64,000 nucleotides of DNA, taken from positions 1 to 64,000 of IMG/VR virus record IMGVR_UViG_3300032322_002561; one strand, written 5' to 3'. Numbering within the stretch: the stretch's first letter is position 1; each line of letters begins with the position of its first letter. The notes under the pieces were generated by a model. The model ran no database searches, was not told the origin of the DNA, and worked only from the letters and a program-made list of their open reading frames with translations. Shown in pieces: positions 19,601 to 32,300 of the stretch. Both the position numbers and the translations under genes were made by a program.

Positions 19601-20304
19601 GTAGAGAAGTCACAGGCAATTTGATCTTGACCGAAGTCACAGGATGGCTGGCTCGTGTTGGACGACAAAGTTTGTACTATCAGTATCGACACAATTCGCC
19701 CTTGACTAATCGTATTGATCCAGGCACCACCAACATCATTGACCTTTACGTGGTCACACAGGAATACTACACAGCCTATCAGAACTGGTTGCGTGATACT
19801 ACCAATACCATACTGGAACCCGAACAACCCAGCATAGATGATCTTAACACAGCTTATCAAAATCTCAACGACTACAAGATGCTGAGTGACAACGTGGTCC
19901 TTAACTCTGTAACATTTAAACCCCTGTTTGGCGCCAAGGCCGAGGCCACACTGCGTGCCACCGTCAAGGTGATTCGTGCGCAAGGATCAACTGCCAGCAC
20001 CAGTGAAATAAAAAGTTCTGTAGTGGCACAAATGAACAGCTATTTCAGCATAGATAAATGGAATTTTGGAGATACATTTTACTTTTCAGAACTGGCAGCT
20101 TTTCTGCATAGACAATTGGGTAGCATTGTAAGCAGTGTGGTTCTAGTACCTCTGGATCCTGAAAAATCCTTTGGCGACTTGTATGAAATACGCAGTCAGC
20201 CCAATGAAATTTTTGCCAATGCTGCTACAGTCGACAACATTGACGTGATTGAAGCTTTGACCAGCACCAATCTACGCACAGCCCCAGGTAGTGGAGTGAT
20301 TTAA
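16609..20304 (+). CDS. gp6: Baseplate wedge protein (gp6/baseplate J family)
   Basis: DFETLRKSFIDYL...FNDYIESS...LLDVIAF...ENYLDTAERRDSV...ISY; ITMVFGDGVF; AP..Y.TQNRMVNGEDY. Confidence 0.9.
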   Translation: MAKTTRQTAIFGVEDWKQIYQTYREADFQSYDFETLRKSFIDYLRLYYPETFNDYIESSEFIALLDVIAFMGQSLAFRTDLNTRENYLDTAERRDSVTRLANLISYTAKRNTAASGFLKVFSVQTTENVIDYTGTNLSNVTVDWADPTNPDWQEQFTTIINAALVDSQKIGRPANRQTILGVRTDEYSINLVPGFLPVIPYNATIDGIAMPFEAVTSTSVDRDYIYEPSPVASSVFNVLYKNDQLGFDSANTGYFFYFKQGTLQNQDFNLSERIANRTVNINIEGINNEDRWLFQLDNVGNISREWTYVENIYSAAVEQTAGLRPIYSTTSRANDQITMVFGDGVFSEIPVGIFRAYVRASNGLQYIINPEEMQNVVLPISYISRSGNLETITFTCGITRPVSNAQSREPIAEIKQRAPARYYTQNRMVNGEDYNLFPFTLYNSIIKSKAVNRASIGTSRYLDLVDNTGKYSSTNSFGSDGGLWNQDILPTILFSWTNRNEIADVITNQIQPKILESTMKQFYYANFPRQLVNKFDFVCQSTTATLNTITTSSTEFFALAAKGQIVAGSPIVFTDTLGGLTAGLPYFVRTINATNSTFTVSTAPNGQNSILTTATGAMNATVTLTTGGTNWNQSTTLANETTGFFRNAALEPVSVGESNSTVVKYAVVGSLIRFTPPTGYYFDVNNRLQLGVPTRAGESLEIWASPIRIIGDGDGDGLGNLSDGSGPVILNNFVPTGAIMDIVIPVFATDLPLSIQTQMTEQFLLFRNFGLGYDNDGSITGVPYSWYLITSTNLDVDATWSEQYAGNTTGANLDASWLIQFVVVNQNYTITFRGLSYSFGSVLQTRFFFYDGQQIYDSRTGTVIKDYINVLAVNTRPDSALPLSGDIIMNITGQPVESDGYVDDFQVQVGFRDSDNDGIPDNPDFFDEIVAANINSNQKYVFFQQTVDFDNLQRYLLVEPGVVNSDYATLDDIEAEKFKWSPGQVFYAYTENTFYRLSREVTGNLILTEVTGWLARVGRQSLYYQYRHNSPLTNRIDPGTTNIIDLYVVTQEYYTAYQNWLRDTTNTILEPEQPSIDDLNTAYQNLNDYKMLSDNVVLNSVTFKPLFGAKAEATLRATVKVIRAQGSTASTSEIKSSVVAQMNSYFSIDKWNFGDTFYFSELAAFLHRQLGSIVSSVVLVPLDPEKSFGDLYEIRSQPNEIFANAATVDNIDVIEALTSTNLRTAPGSGVI

Positions 20305-23300
20305 TGGCACGCACACGGTCAGTAGATTTTTTACCAGAAATATTTAGAACCGAAGCCAACAAACAATTTTTGTCGGCTACATTGGACAATCTCATTCAAG
20401 AACCCAAGTTCAAAAAGACTCAGGGGTTCATTGGACGCACTGTGGGACCTGGTGTCAACCCCAATGACAAATACGTGGTTGAACTTGATAAAACCAGAGC
20501 TGACTATCAGCTTGAACCGGGTGTAGTCAGTCTTAGACCCGACACCAACGAAATACAAGAAGTAATAACCTATCCTGGCATGGCCGATGCCATATCATTT
20601 CAAGGTGGTCAGGGAAATCGTGCCGATCGCCTGTACGAGAGTGATTACTATACTTGGGATCCGTTTGTAGACTTTGACAGTTTTGTAAACTACAGCCAGT
20701 ATTATTGGGTGCCCAACGGACCAGACGCAGTTGATGTGTCGGCCACGGGTGTTCCCATTACCAACAGTATCACAGTCACACGTGAAAATGGCGTGTACAC
20801 ATTCAGCGGAGTAGTAGGCGACAATCCAACTCTGGAACTAGTGCGTGGCGGAAATTACACCTTCAACGTGGCACAAAACGACAAAGAAACTGTGAACTAT
20901 CGTGTGACCAACAAAGGCAACAGCAGTTACACAATTGATTATCAAGACAATCCTTCCTTGACCTTGGTGCGTGGTAACACCTATGTGTTCAATCTAACTC
21001 TGCAGGGAATTTTTCCGTTTTGGATCAAGACACAGCCGGTGTTGGGCTTGGCCAATGCCTTTAATACTGGAGTCAGTCGAAATGGTAGTACCATAGGTTT
21101 AATTACCTTTACAGTACCACAAGACGCCCCCGACACTCTGTACTATATTGCAGAAAATCAAATCAACATGCAGGGCGTGCTCAACATTGTAGACGGCATA
21201 CCAGGCACAGGGCCAGGCTTTTGGATTCAGACCAGTCCTGGTGTTACGGGGCAAGTCCCCACAGCACCAAATATTTCCAGCAGAGATGTGTTTGGAGTCA
21301 TTAACAACGGTGAGGATCTTGGCACAGTAACGTTTAATGTACCCCTCAAAACAGCACAACAATACTACTATGATCTTCCAGATTTTGGCACACCTGTAGA
21401 TCTTGTGACAGATTTGAAATTTGATCAGATCAATAATCAACGCTTGGATGTGTTTCTGGCCGAATATGGCGGCATTGACGGTGTCAGTGCTTTGGCCAAT
21501 AGAACCTTGATTTTCACCAACCCATTGACTGATGCTGTTGACGGTGGCTGGCAACGCACAACAAGATTTGACCCTTTAGGTCAGGATGTTGCCAACAATG
21601 GTTTGTTGGGCAGTTTTGATTCCACTCTGTACAGTCAAACTTCAGAGATACCTGTAGATCAACGTTATCAACTGTATCAAATTACCTTGGATATCAGCAA
21701 CGGATATGCTTATATGCAGTTGAATCGCATTGCCGATATTCCTGTATTGAACAAATTTACTATAAGATACGGCGATGTGTACAGCAGTACTAACTGGCTC
21801 AAAGACAGCAGCGGAAGATTTCAACAGATACCGTTGCTGACTGCTGTGAATGATATTCTATACTATCAAGACGGTAATGACCCTGAAATTTTTGGCGAAA
21901 TAAAGCTGATAGATGTAGAGGGAAGAACCACGCTTGACATCAACGATATCATTGGTAAAAAGAATTATACCAGCCCCAACGGTGTAGTATTCACCAATGG
22001 ATTAAAGGTAGTTTTTCGTGGTCTAGTTGAGCCTCCCAACTATAGCTCGGGCAGTGTAGTATTTGAATGTTCGGCCACGGCTGATGAAATCAATGCTATA
22101 ACCACAACCAACACAGACATACTGTATGTGGGTCAGGAAGTTTCGTTCCAGGCACCCACACTGGGCGGTCTTGTAGCTGGACAAACCTACTATGTGCAAA
22201 GCATTGTAAATCAGTTTCAGTTCACTGTGAGTGACATGATCGGTGCTGGTGCTGTGGCCTTGTCCACAGCCACAGGGCTCATGACAGCGGTCAGTGTGAA
22301 TTATCGTGAATATTATGTAGCCGGTGTTGGCACTGAAATAAATTTGATTCCGGTCACAGAACTTAATCTATATGAACCCTATGTGACTGATGCCAACGAC
22401 AGCACCGTGATTCGGGAACCCGCAACACCCGACTATATCACTATAGATCGAAACAGCATGAGCCGCAATCCCTGGAGTAGAAGCAATCGCTGGTTCCATG
22501 TAGATGTGATCAATGCCACGGCTGCCTACAACAACACTGTGCCAATACTGGACAACAATCGTAGAGCCAAACGTCCAATTTTGCAATTTAGACCCAACAT
22601 CAGACTGTTTAACATGGCACCTGAGTGTGTGGAACCAGTGGATATCATAGATTTTGTAGTGGCCGATGCATTTGGTACTGTGCAAGGCAGCACCGGATAT
22701 ACCGTAGACGGATATGAATTGGTCAATGGTAGTCGCATTATTTTTGCAGCAGACACCGATGCCGAAGTGCGCAACAAAATTTGGTTGGTAGAATTTATCA
22801 TACCCAACAGCGCCACCCTGATCACGGCAGATAATTTGTCGCCTGGGTTGGTGTACACAATTATATCGTTAGGCAACACCGATTGGAACGCAGTGGCTGG
22901 CACCACTGGAATCAGCTATGCTGTTGGCAACATTATCACTGTGGCAGAAGTTGGAACTGGTACTGGTCTGGCTGAATTTAATCAGCCTGTGATTAATTTG
23001 ACATTGGCTCCAGATGGTGTTGTTGCGCCAGATCGTGCCACACATACCATGAATGGTGAAACTGGACAAGGCATTTCATATTGGTATGATGGGGTTGAGT
23101 GGATAGTGGCTCAACAAAAACTTGGTGTCAATCAGGCACCCTTGTTCAATGTGTACGACGCGGATGGAGTCAGCTTCAGTGATCAAATAAAATATCCGTC
23201 CAGCGATTTTGTAGGTAGCAAACTGTTCAGCTATGCACCTGGTGAAACCGGTATTCTTGATCCTGTGTTGCAGATTCCGCTCAAGTATCTTACTCTTGAA

Positions 23301-26300
23301 AACGTGGGCGATATTGTGTTTGATAACAATCTCTACAAGGACACATTTGTTTACACACGTGAAAATGTTAGTGTGACTCTAGACATCAGTTCAGGATCTG
23401 CTAGAGAATACAATGTGTCCATGGGCGTGTCTAGCACAAACGGCATAAACAGTACAACGAGCACGACATCTGTCTCAACTTTGACTGCTACCGGTACTGA
23501 AGAGTTTGCACGTCTTATAGGTTGGCAAAATGCAGTGACTACCAGCAAGACCTACCAGCAGTTTAAATTTATCTATGACGGAACCACGCTCAAACTGGAT
23601 GTGGTTGTGCTTGATCAATTTGCCAGCGCGGTTCCTGTAATAAAAATTTATGTTGGCAGTCAGTTCCAAGACCCCAGCACGTACATCTATGCTACCAACA
23701 CTGACAGCACCACAATTACACTCAACAAAGAGTATGTGCTAGGCGATATTGTTGAAGTCTTGGTGTTGAGTGATCAGGTCAGCAAGGTTGCATTCTATCA
23801 AGTACCCTTGAATTTGGAAAACAATCCGCTGAACATAAACAGTCAAAGTTTTAGTCTGGGCACCATAAGACAGCACTATCAAAGCATCTGTGAAAATTTA
23901 CCAGATATTTCAGGCGCAATTTCTGGGGCCAATAATACCAGAGACTTGGGTGACATTGGACCGTATGGTTTGATTATTTTGCAACAGAGTGCACCGTTGA
24001 CGTTGGCTGGATATTTCTTGCGCAGTGAAAAATACAATATTTTTAATTCTCTAACTTATAACAGCCGAGAGTATATCAAATACAAAAATCAATTGTTGGA
24101 ATCAGTGACCCAACAACAAATTAATTTTCAAACAGCAGGAGAAATATTAGATGCAGCCATAGCTGACATCACCGCTGGTCGAGTAGAAACACAGTCGTTT
24201 TACTGGAGTGACATGTTGCCGTCGGGTGCTGTGTATATTCAAAACACATACACGGTGTCGTTTGTTACTACCAATGTATTTGACACCGTGCAGGTATACA
24301 ACTTTGCTTCAGCCAACTATCTGGGACTCAGTGTGTATGTGAATGACGTGCTTATTACTCGTGGCATGGACTACGTAGTGGCCACTGACGGACCACGTTT
24401 GACTATTATCAAAATGTTAGAAATTGGTGACACAGTGACTATACGTGAATACAGTTCCACTTATGGCACATTCTGTCCCAATACTCCTACCAAAATGGGA
24501 CTGTATCCGGCTTATCTGCCAGAAATAACCACACAACGCACTACCACAGGTGAACAAACTGTCTTGATTGGTCATGATGGTAGTGTCACAAAAACTTTTG
24601 GTGACATACGTGATCAAGTATTGTTGGAGTTTGAAACTCGAATCTACAACAACATCAAACTGGATGGCAACCCTTGTCCCTTGTTAGCAACCAACGTACT
24701 ACCTGGACAGTTCCGTGTCACCGGTTACAGCACAGATGAAATCAACAATATTTTGAACACAGAATTTTTGAGCTTTGTGGCCACTAACAAACTAAACTAT
24801 CGCGAACAAGATTATAATGCCAACAATGAATTCAGCTACAATTATAGTGGTGCTCAAGGCCGACTCGACAACAAAAATTTGCTAGGGGCCTGGCGTGGTA
24901 TCTACAGATACTATTATGACACGCAACAACCAGAATCTACGCCTTGGCAAATGCTGGGCTTCAGTGAAAAACCTGTCTGGTGGGACGTGACTTATGGCAC
25001 TGTACCCTACACCAGTGAAAACTTTGTGTTATGGGATGACTTAGAAGCTGGCTTGGTGCGTGATCCAGCTGGTGCTTATATTTTGCCTGAATACGCACGC
25101 CCAGGCCTAAGCGAAGTCATACCCACTGGTGATGAAGGACAATTATTGAGCCCATTCAACAGCGTGGTAGGCACTTTTGATCAAAATCAATTCCGCAAGA
25201 GTTGGAGCCTAGGAGATGGATCTCCAGTGGAAGCTTCGTGGTGGAACAGTTCTAGTTATCCATTTGCAGTCATGCGCTTGTTGGCTCTTACAAGACCGGC
25301 CAAGTTTTTTGCCTTGTTTGCTGATAGAGATTTATATCGTTACAACACAGAGTTTGATCAGTTCTTGTACAATAACCGCTATAGATTGGATGCCAACGGC
25401 GTTGAAGTTTACGGCGACGGTATCAGCAAGGCCAGTTATATCAATTGGATAGTTGACTACAATCGACAAAGCGGTTTAAACAGCACGGAATTATTAACCA
25501 ATGACTTGGCCAATCTTGATGTGAGGTTGTGCTACAGAATGGCCAGCTTCTCAGACAAGAAATTCATAAAGCTATTCACTGAAAAATCCAGTCCAGAGTC
25601 TACCAATACCAGTTTCCTGATTCCAGACGAAAGCTATGCCTTGCTGTTGTACAAAAATCAACCATTTGATCGAGCCAGTTACAGTTCAGTGCTGATACAA
25701 CAAGTTCCGGGCGGATATGCAGTGTTTGGCTACAGCACCTATCAGCCCTATTTTAACATCTTGCAAAGCCAGGCCACTGGAAAACTACGAACCATTAGCA
25801 CAGCTGGAGTCAGTGTGCGAGTTCCTACCTTCTACACCAGTCGTGTTGCACAGATACCATATGGTTATGTGTTCACTGACATCACAGCAGTCAGTGACTT
25901 TTTGTTGAGTTATGGCAAGTATCTTGAAGGGCAAGGACTTAGCTTTACCAACACTGCCAATGGTTATCAGCTGGACTGGAATCAAATGGTAACTGAATTC
26001 CTGTACTGGAGTCAACAGGGTTGGGAAGACAATTGTCTTATTGCTATCAATCCCTTGGCACTCAAGCTCAGTGTCAGTAAACCCTTTGCCGTGGTTGACG
26101 ATATACAGGCACAGACTTCAGAAAATATTTTATTGGATCAAAACCGCAAAGAGTTACCTACTCGCAATCTCAATATTGTGCGCATGGGCAATGAATTCAC
26201 AGTGGAGCCAGCCAATGATCAAACCCTAAGTTTTATAGATCTAAAATATACCAGCTACGAACACATGATTGTGCTAGACAATGTGTCAGTATTTGGTGAT

Positions 26301-29300
26301 TTGATCTACAATCCCCCTACCGGAGCCAGGCAAAGTCGTCTTAATCTTGTAGCTGTGACCACTACCGAGTGGAACGGCAGTGTGGATGCTCAAGGCTTCA
26401 TAATAAATCAGGACAATGTGGAGCCCTGGAGCGGTCATAGAACCTATGCCAAGGGCGAAATTGTCAAGTACAAAGACAACTATTGGTCAGCTGCTACAAT
26501 TGTTCAGCCCAGTGAAGTTTTTGATTTTAATGACTGGTTGCAGAGCGATTACACACAGATTGAACTTGGACTTTTACCCAACCTTGCCAACAAAGCCGAT
26601 CAATTGGTCAATTCCTACAACATTAACACAGCCAATCTTGAACGCGATACGGATCTATTAAGCTATGGATTGATTGGATTCCGACCAAGGCAGTACCTGG
26701 CCGCAATTAATCTTGACGATGTAAGCCAGGTCAACGTTTATCGACAGTTCTTGGGCACCAAAGGCACGCTGTTGTCAGCTGAATTATTCAAACAGGTCAA
26801 TCTAGGCAAAGAGTTAGCCGAATATGAAATTTTTGAAAATTGGGCAGTGCAACGAGCTGTGTACGGTGCCAATGCCAATCGCAGCTATTTTGAATTACGG
26901 TTAAATCGAGCTTTGCTCAACGCCAGTCCCAGTCTGGTGCAAGTTGTGGCATCTCAACAAACCAGTGAAGCTGATCAGTCCATACAAGTGGGCGATATTT
27001 GGCGTCAAAGTTACAAAATCAACAGCCCGGACATATTGCCTACCACGGTAGCTGTACCCGCAGACACTGCCTTGCCCACAGCTGGCTATGTGAATCTTGA
27101 CGATGTTGATATCACAGTGTTTGACATCAGTGACAGTGCCAGCCTTGAAGCCAATCTAAACGAAATTGGTGTTGGTACCAGTATCTGGGTAGCCAAGGTC
27201 AACAATTACGACTGGGACATATATCGTGCCGAAGCTGTACCGGGCACTATAAGTCACGTATGCGATAATCTTGACGGTACCAGTCGTGTGATTTTTACTC
27301 TGCAACATGGTATCACAGTTGGACAACAGGTTATTATAAGATTTTTTGACAGTGAAGTTGATGGAGTTTACACAGTTCTAAGTGTCAGTAATCTCAATAC
27401 CATCAACATAGCATTTAGGTTTACAGGCAGTAGAACCGTGGTGAATGGTATCGGCTTGGCCTTTACACTGCAAACCATGAGAGTTGCACAGGCCAGTGAT
27501 GTGATTGACCTGCCTTATGCCAATCAAATTGCAGATGGAACCACAACCTGGGTCGACGACGATGGCAACGGTCGTTGGGTAGTTTTGCAAAAACAAAACG
27601 TATTCACACCGGTTAGTGAGCTTTCACCACAGATACTGGATGCAGAAGAAAATTACGGAGTGGTGGTAAAACAAGCAATTGACAAATTTGCTGCATTTGT
27701 TGGCAGTCCACGTTATGGTTTTGGCACAGGTACTCAAACGGGTGCTGTTTACACCTATGTAAACAACTTTGGCACTGCTTATCAACCTATTAGTCCTGTG
27801 GAAAGTGGTGATGCCATAATCACTCTTGCTACTACGGGTGTTAGAAATCTTGGAGCCAGCATCGCAGTGGGTAGTCAGGCCTGGCTAGCAGCCGGTGCTC
27901 CAGGTAGTCTGGGCGGTGCTGGCCAAACCAACAGTGGGTATGTCACTGTGATTTATCGAGATTACAACACATATCAGGCAGGTGACAATCCCTATGTGGT
28001 ATGGCAATTACTGACCACACCTGGTAACATCAACACTGATCAAGGTCGTTTTGGTGCTGGCATAACCATGTGTGCCAACGAAAACTGGTTGTATGTGGCA
28101 GAGCCAGATGTAAATCGTGTTTATGCTTACAACCGCATAAATTACCAATATCAGTTTTTGTCGGCCTTGGGTGACGGCATCACCACAAGCTATGACATTA
28201 GCAACAACATACAAATTGACGAAGCCACACAGATTCAAGTCACAGTGAATGGTGTGTTACAGGTATTAAACGTGAACTACACAGTGAATATTTCATTTAC
28301 CACTGTGACCTTTACCACAGTCCCCAGCGCAGGTTCTGCTGTGCTAATTGCAAGACCATTCTTGTTACAGCTGGATTACGCTCAGTATTACAGCTTGACT
28401 GCCACTGGAGCGACAACTGGTACAGGTGCCTTGTTTTCAATCAATCGCATACGTGGCACCGTAGAAGTTGGTATTCAAGCCGGCGGTTCAGGTTATACCA
28501 ATGGTGAGACACTGACTATACCAGCCACCAGTTTTGGAGGAGGATCTTCGCCAGCCAACGATGTTACCTTTGTTATAACTGTGGTAGCTGGCAAAATTGT
28601 TCAGCTGACCGGTGTTTCCTATACTCCGCCTGCCTTGCAGAGCACATTTAGTTTGAATGAACTTTTCTTCACTGCTACCACCTTAAACAGTTTTACAGTG
28701 TTGGTAAATGATGTGATACAAAGGCCACACATTGACTACACCTTCAATGCTGGCACGCAGGATTTATCATTCCTTGTAAATCCAGGTGCCGGAGCAATTA
28801 TAAAAGTTCGTGCTGACAGTTATTTTAACTACGTGGGAGAAATCCCCACAGCTGGACTTGGTTTGCAACCTGGAGATGATTTTGGCGCCGCATTGAGTTG
28901 CACCACAGATGGTAGACAAGTCATGATTGGTGCTCCCAACTGCACCGTTGATGGCGAAGTTGAAGCCGGTTGTGTATATGTGTTTGACAGAAATGTTCAA
29001 CATTTTATCTACACACCGAGCTCCACACCTACCTTTGTGCTGGCTGGTTCAGGATTGACGCCGCTGGCTGTGAGTGTGAATGGTCAGTATTTGATTGATG
29101 AAGCCACTACAATTGTAGGCAATCCAGGCACGTACAGTGTCAGCGGTAGCACAGTGACTATCAATCAAACACTGAATGTGGGTGACAGTATTGAAATAGA
29201 AACAGACCAGTTTCGTCTATTGCAACGAATCACACAGGAACAGCCTGCACAGTACAGCAACTTTGGACAAGCAGTTGATCTATGCTCGTATAATTGCAGT

Positions 29301-32300
29301 CTTTATGTTGGAGCTCCAAACAGTAGTCTACAGGTCATTAAAGGTGGCGTGGTTGAGCGCGAAATAAATCAAGCACGTGTTTATGGTATTATAACCTCCA
29401 CAGTGTCCAATCCCACGCTTACAGCTGGTGATACCCTGCGGGTCAACAATGTTGATGTGATTATACCATCTGCCCCAAACAACAATATTGTGGGCTTGGC
29501 CAGTGCTATTAATTCTACCGCTCCAAATGCCACAGCCACAGTTACCTCAGCTGGATATCTGACCATATCTGTGACCAATATTGATGCGGCTGTGCCCGGA
29601 AACTTGTTGCAAGTGGCACCAGGCAGTGTGGGTTCAGCTTGGGCGGCCTTGGGCTTTGATATATTCAGTTACACACAAACCATATTAAGTCCCTACGCAG
29701 TTGATTTTGCTGGGTTTGGAACCAGCATTAGCTTGGACGAAACAGCAACAACCTTGATAGTAGGTGCTCCACAAGGCACCATGTATCTCATCACAATTTT
29801 TGATGATGGTACCACAGATTTTGATGCCAATGCCACAACCTTCTTTACAACCATATTGCAAAGCGGTGCGGTGTATACTTACAACTTGTTGAATTCTGCC
29901 AACAGCAGTGCCAGCAATCCTGACAAGTTTGTGTTTGGTGAACAAATCAGTATCACTGATGTGGCCTATCTTGATCAGCTGGGAGCGTCAGTGGACTACT
30001 TGAGTGGCAGTCTTTGGTTGGGTGCGCCCGGCAGTGATGTGGGCGACAGCAGCACCAGTAACTATGGAAAAGTGTTTGTTTGGCAAAATGCTGAACGACA
30101 AATGACCTGGATTCCAAAATACATTCAACAACCCACTGTGGATGTAAGACTGTTGAATTCAATATTTCTGTATGATAGAATAACATCTTCAACCACGGAG
30201 TTCTTGGATTTCTTCAATCCCTTGCAAGGAAAAATTCTTGGCGCTGCCCGACAAAATATTGACTATATTGGTGCCGTTGATCCAGCATTTTACAACGTGG
30301 GTCCACAAAATATTCTTGGGACCACATGGGCCGCCAATCACGTGGGAGAAATTTGGTGGGATATCAGCACGGTGAGATTTATTGATCCCAATCAGGATTC
30401 CATTGTGTATGCATCAAGACGTTGGGGACAAATTTTTCCTGGCAGCACAGTTGACATCTATCAGTGGATCGTGAGCACGGTTCCGCCAGCTGAATATGCT
30501 GGCCCTGGAACTCCAGCCAGTCTTGTAAGCTATACTATTAACACAGTGCTCAGTGATGATGGCTCATTCAACACGCAGTATTTTTACTGGGTACGCGGAT
30601 TACCCACAGTGGCCACACAAAAAGGCAAGACACTCAGTACCAACAGTATCAGCAACTATATTGCTGATCCACGTTCTACGGGCATAGCCTATCTTGCACC
30701 CATAAACTCCAGCACTTTTGCATTGTACAACTGTGAGAATCTTATAGAAGCACAGGACACTATTCTCAACATTGAGTTTGATCAACAACTCAACAACGAC
30801 AATGTACACGTTGAATATGAGCTGGTGGCGCAGGACAAATCCAACAGTTTCTTGAGTGACAATCTGTATAGAAAACTGCAGGACAGTTTCTGTGGTGTTG
30901 ACAGCTTTGGAAATCTAGTTCCAGATCCTACCTTGAGTCCTGCAGAACGGTACGGAGTACAATTTAGACCCAGACAAAGCATGTTTGTCAACAGATTTGT
31001 TGCACTCAAGAACTATATCACTCGAGTGAATTCAATTCTGCGTCAGTATCCTGTGAGTGAAAATAGAGTTTTGTCATTGTTGAACAGCAAAGAGCCACTG
31101 CCAGGAGTCAACAGTGGCCTCTACAATGCCAGTGTACCCACCAGAGAAATACTAGATTTCCAAAACATCTATGCCGTGCCACTGGGCTACAAGTATCTTG
31201 TGGTCAGCGATGATACCAATCGCGGTTTATGGACCATATATCAGGTCAGCCCCAATCCCACGATCTTGGACAGTTTCACCAGCACAGGATCTTTCATAAG
31301 CGGCAATACTCTCAACATTGGAGTATTGACTTCTGGAACCATTACCGTGGGTCAACTTGTGACTGGCATTGGAGTTGAAAGTGGCATTATTATTGTCAGC
31401 AACATTAATGGTGGCAGCTCAAGTGGATCAGTTTGGGTTATAAGCAAAATAACCAATGTGCCCACAACCAATATCAATGGTGCCGCACCACGTGAATTGA
31501 TACTGTTCAGGGTACAAAACTTCAACACACCTGATTACTGGAGTTATATTGATTGGTATTTGCCCGGTTACAACAGCAGTATCAAGCCCGTGGCCGAAGT
31601 CAATAACTTTTCTGAATTGACTACCTTGAATGTACCTATAGGTAGCAGTGTGCAGGTTAAAGCCAATGCACAAGGCAAATTTGAAATTTACCTACGCACC
31701 GATGTGGGTTACGAGCGTGTGGCCCTGCAGGATGGAACCATAGAAATTTCTGCTGAAATTTATGACTATGCATTGGGACGTTTTGGTTTTGACCTTGAAG
31801 TGTTTGACGCACAATATTTTGATCAAGAACCCGTGATTGAAACAAGAAAAATAATTCAGGCTATTAATGAAGAATTATTTGTTGGTGATCTAGAAATAGA
31901 AAGAAATCGAGCTTTGGTGTTGATGTTCAACTATGTGTTGAGTGAATTTTCAGCACCTGAGTGGTTGGTCAAAACCAGCCTGATTGATGTGGCGCACAAA
32001 ATTCGCGAACTGTTACCGTTCCAAAATTTCAGTCCAGACAATCAAGAATTTGTAGTGGACTATATTCAAGAAGTAAAGCCTTACCATGTGCAAGTTCGTG
32101 AATTCAATTTGCAATACTTTGGCAGTGATACCTTTCTAGGGGATCTTGTAGATTTTGATTTGCCAGCCTACTATGACACTACATTGCCAGTACCACAATT
32201 TGTGAGTCCTGTGTTGACTCCTTACGCCATAGCCACCAATGATGTAAGCAATGTATTAAGCAATGTTCCGCCCACCAGTCAGTTATGGGAAACTTGGCCT

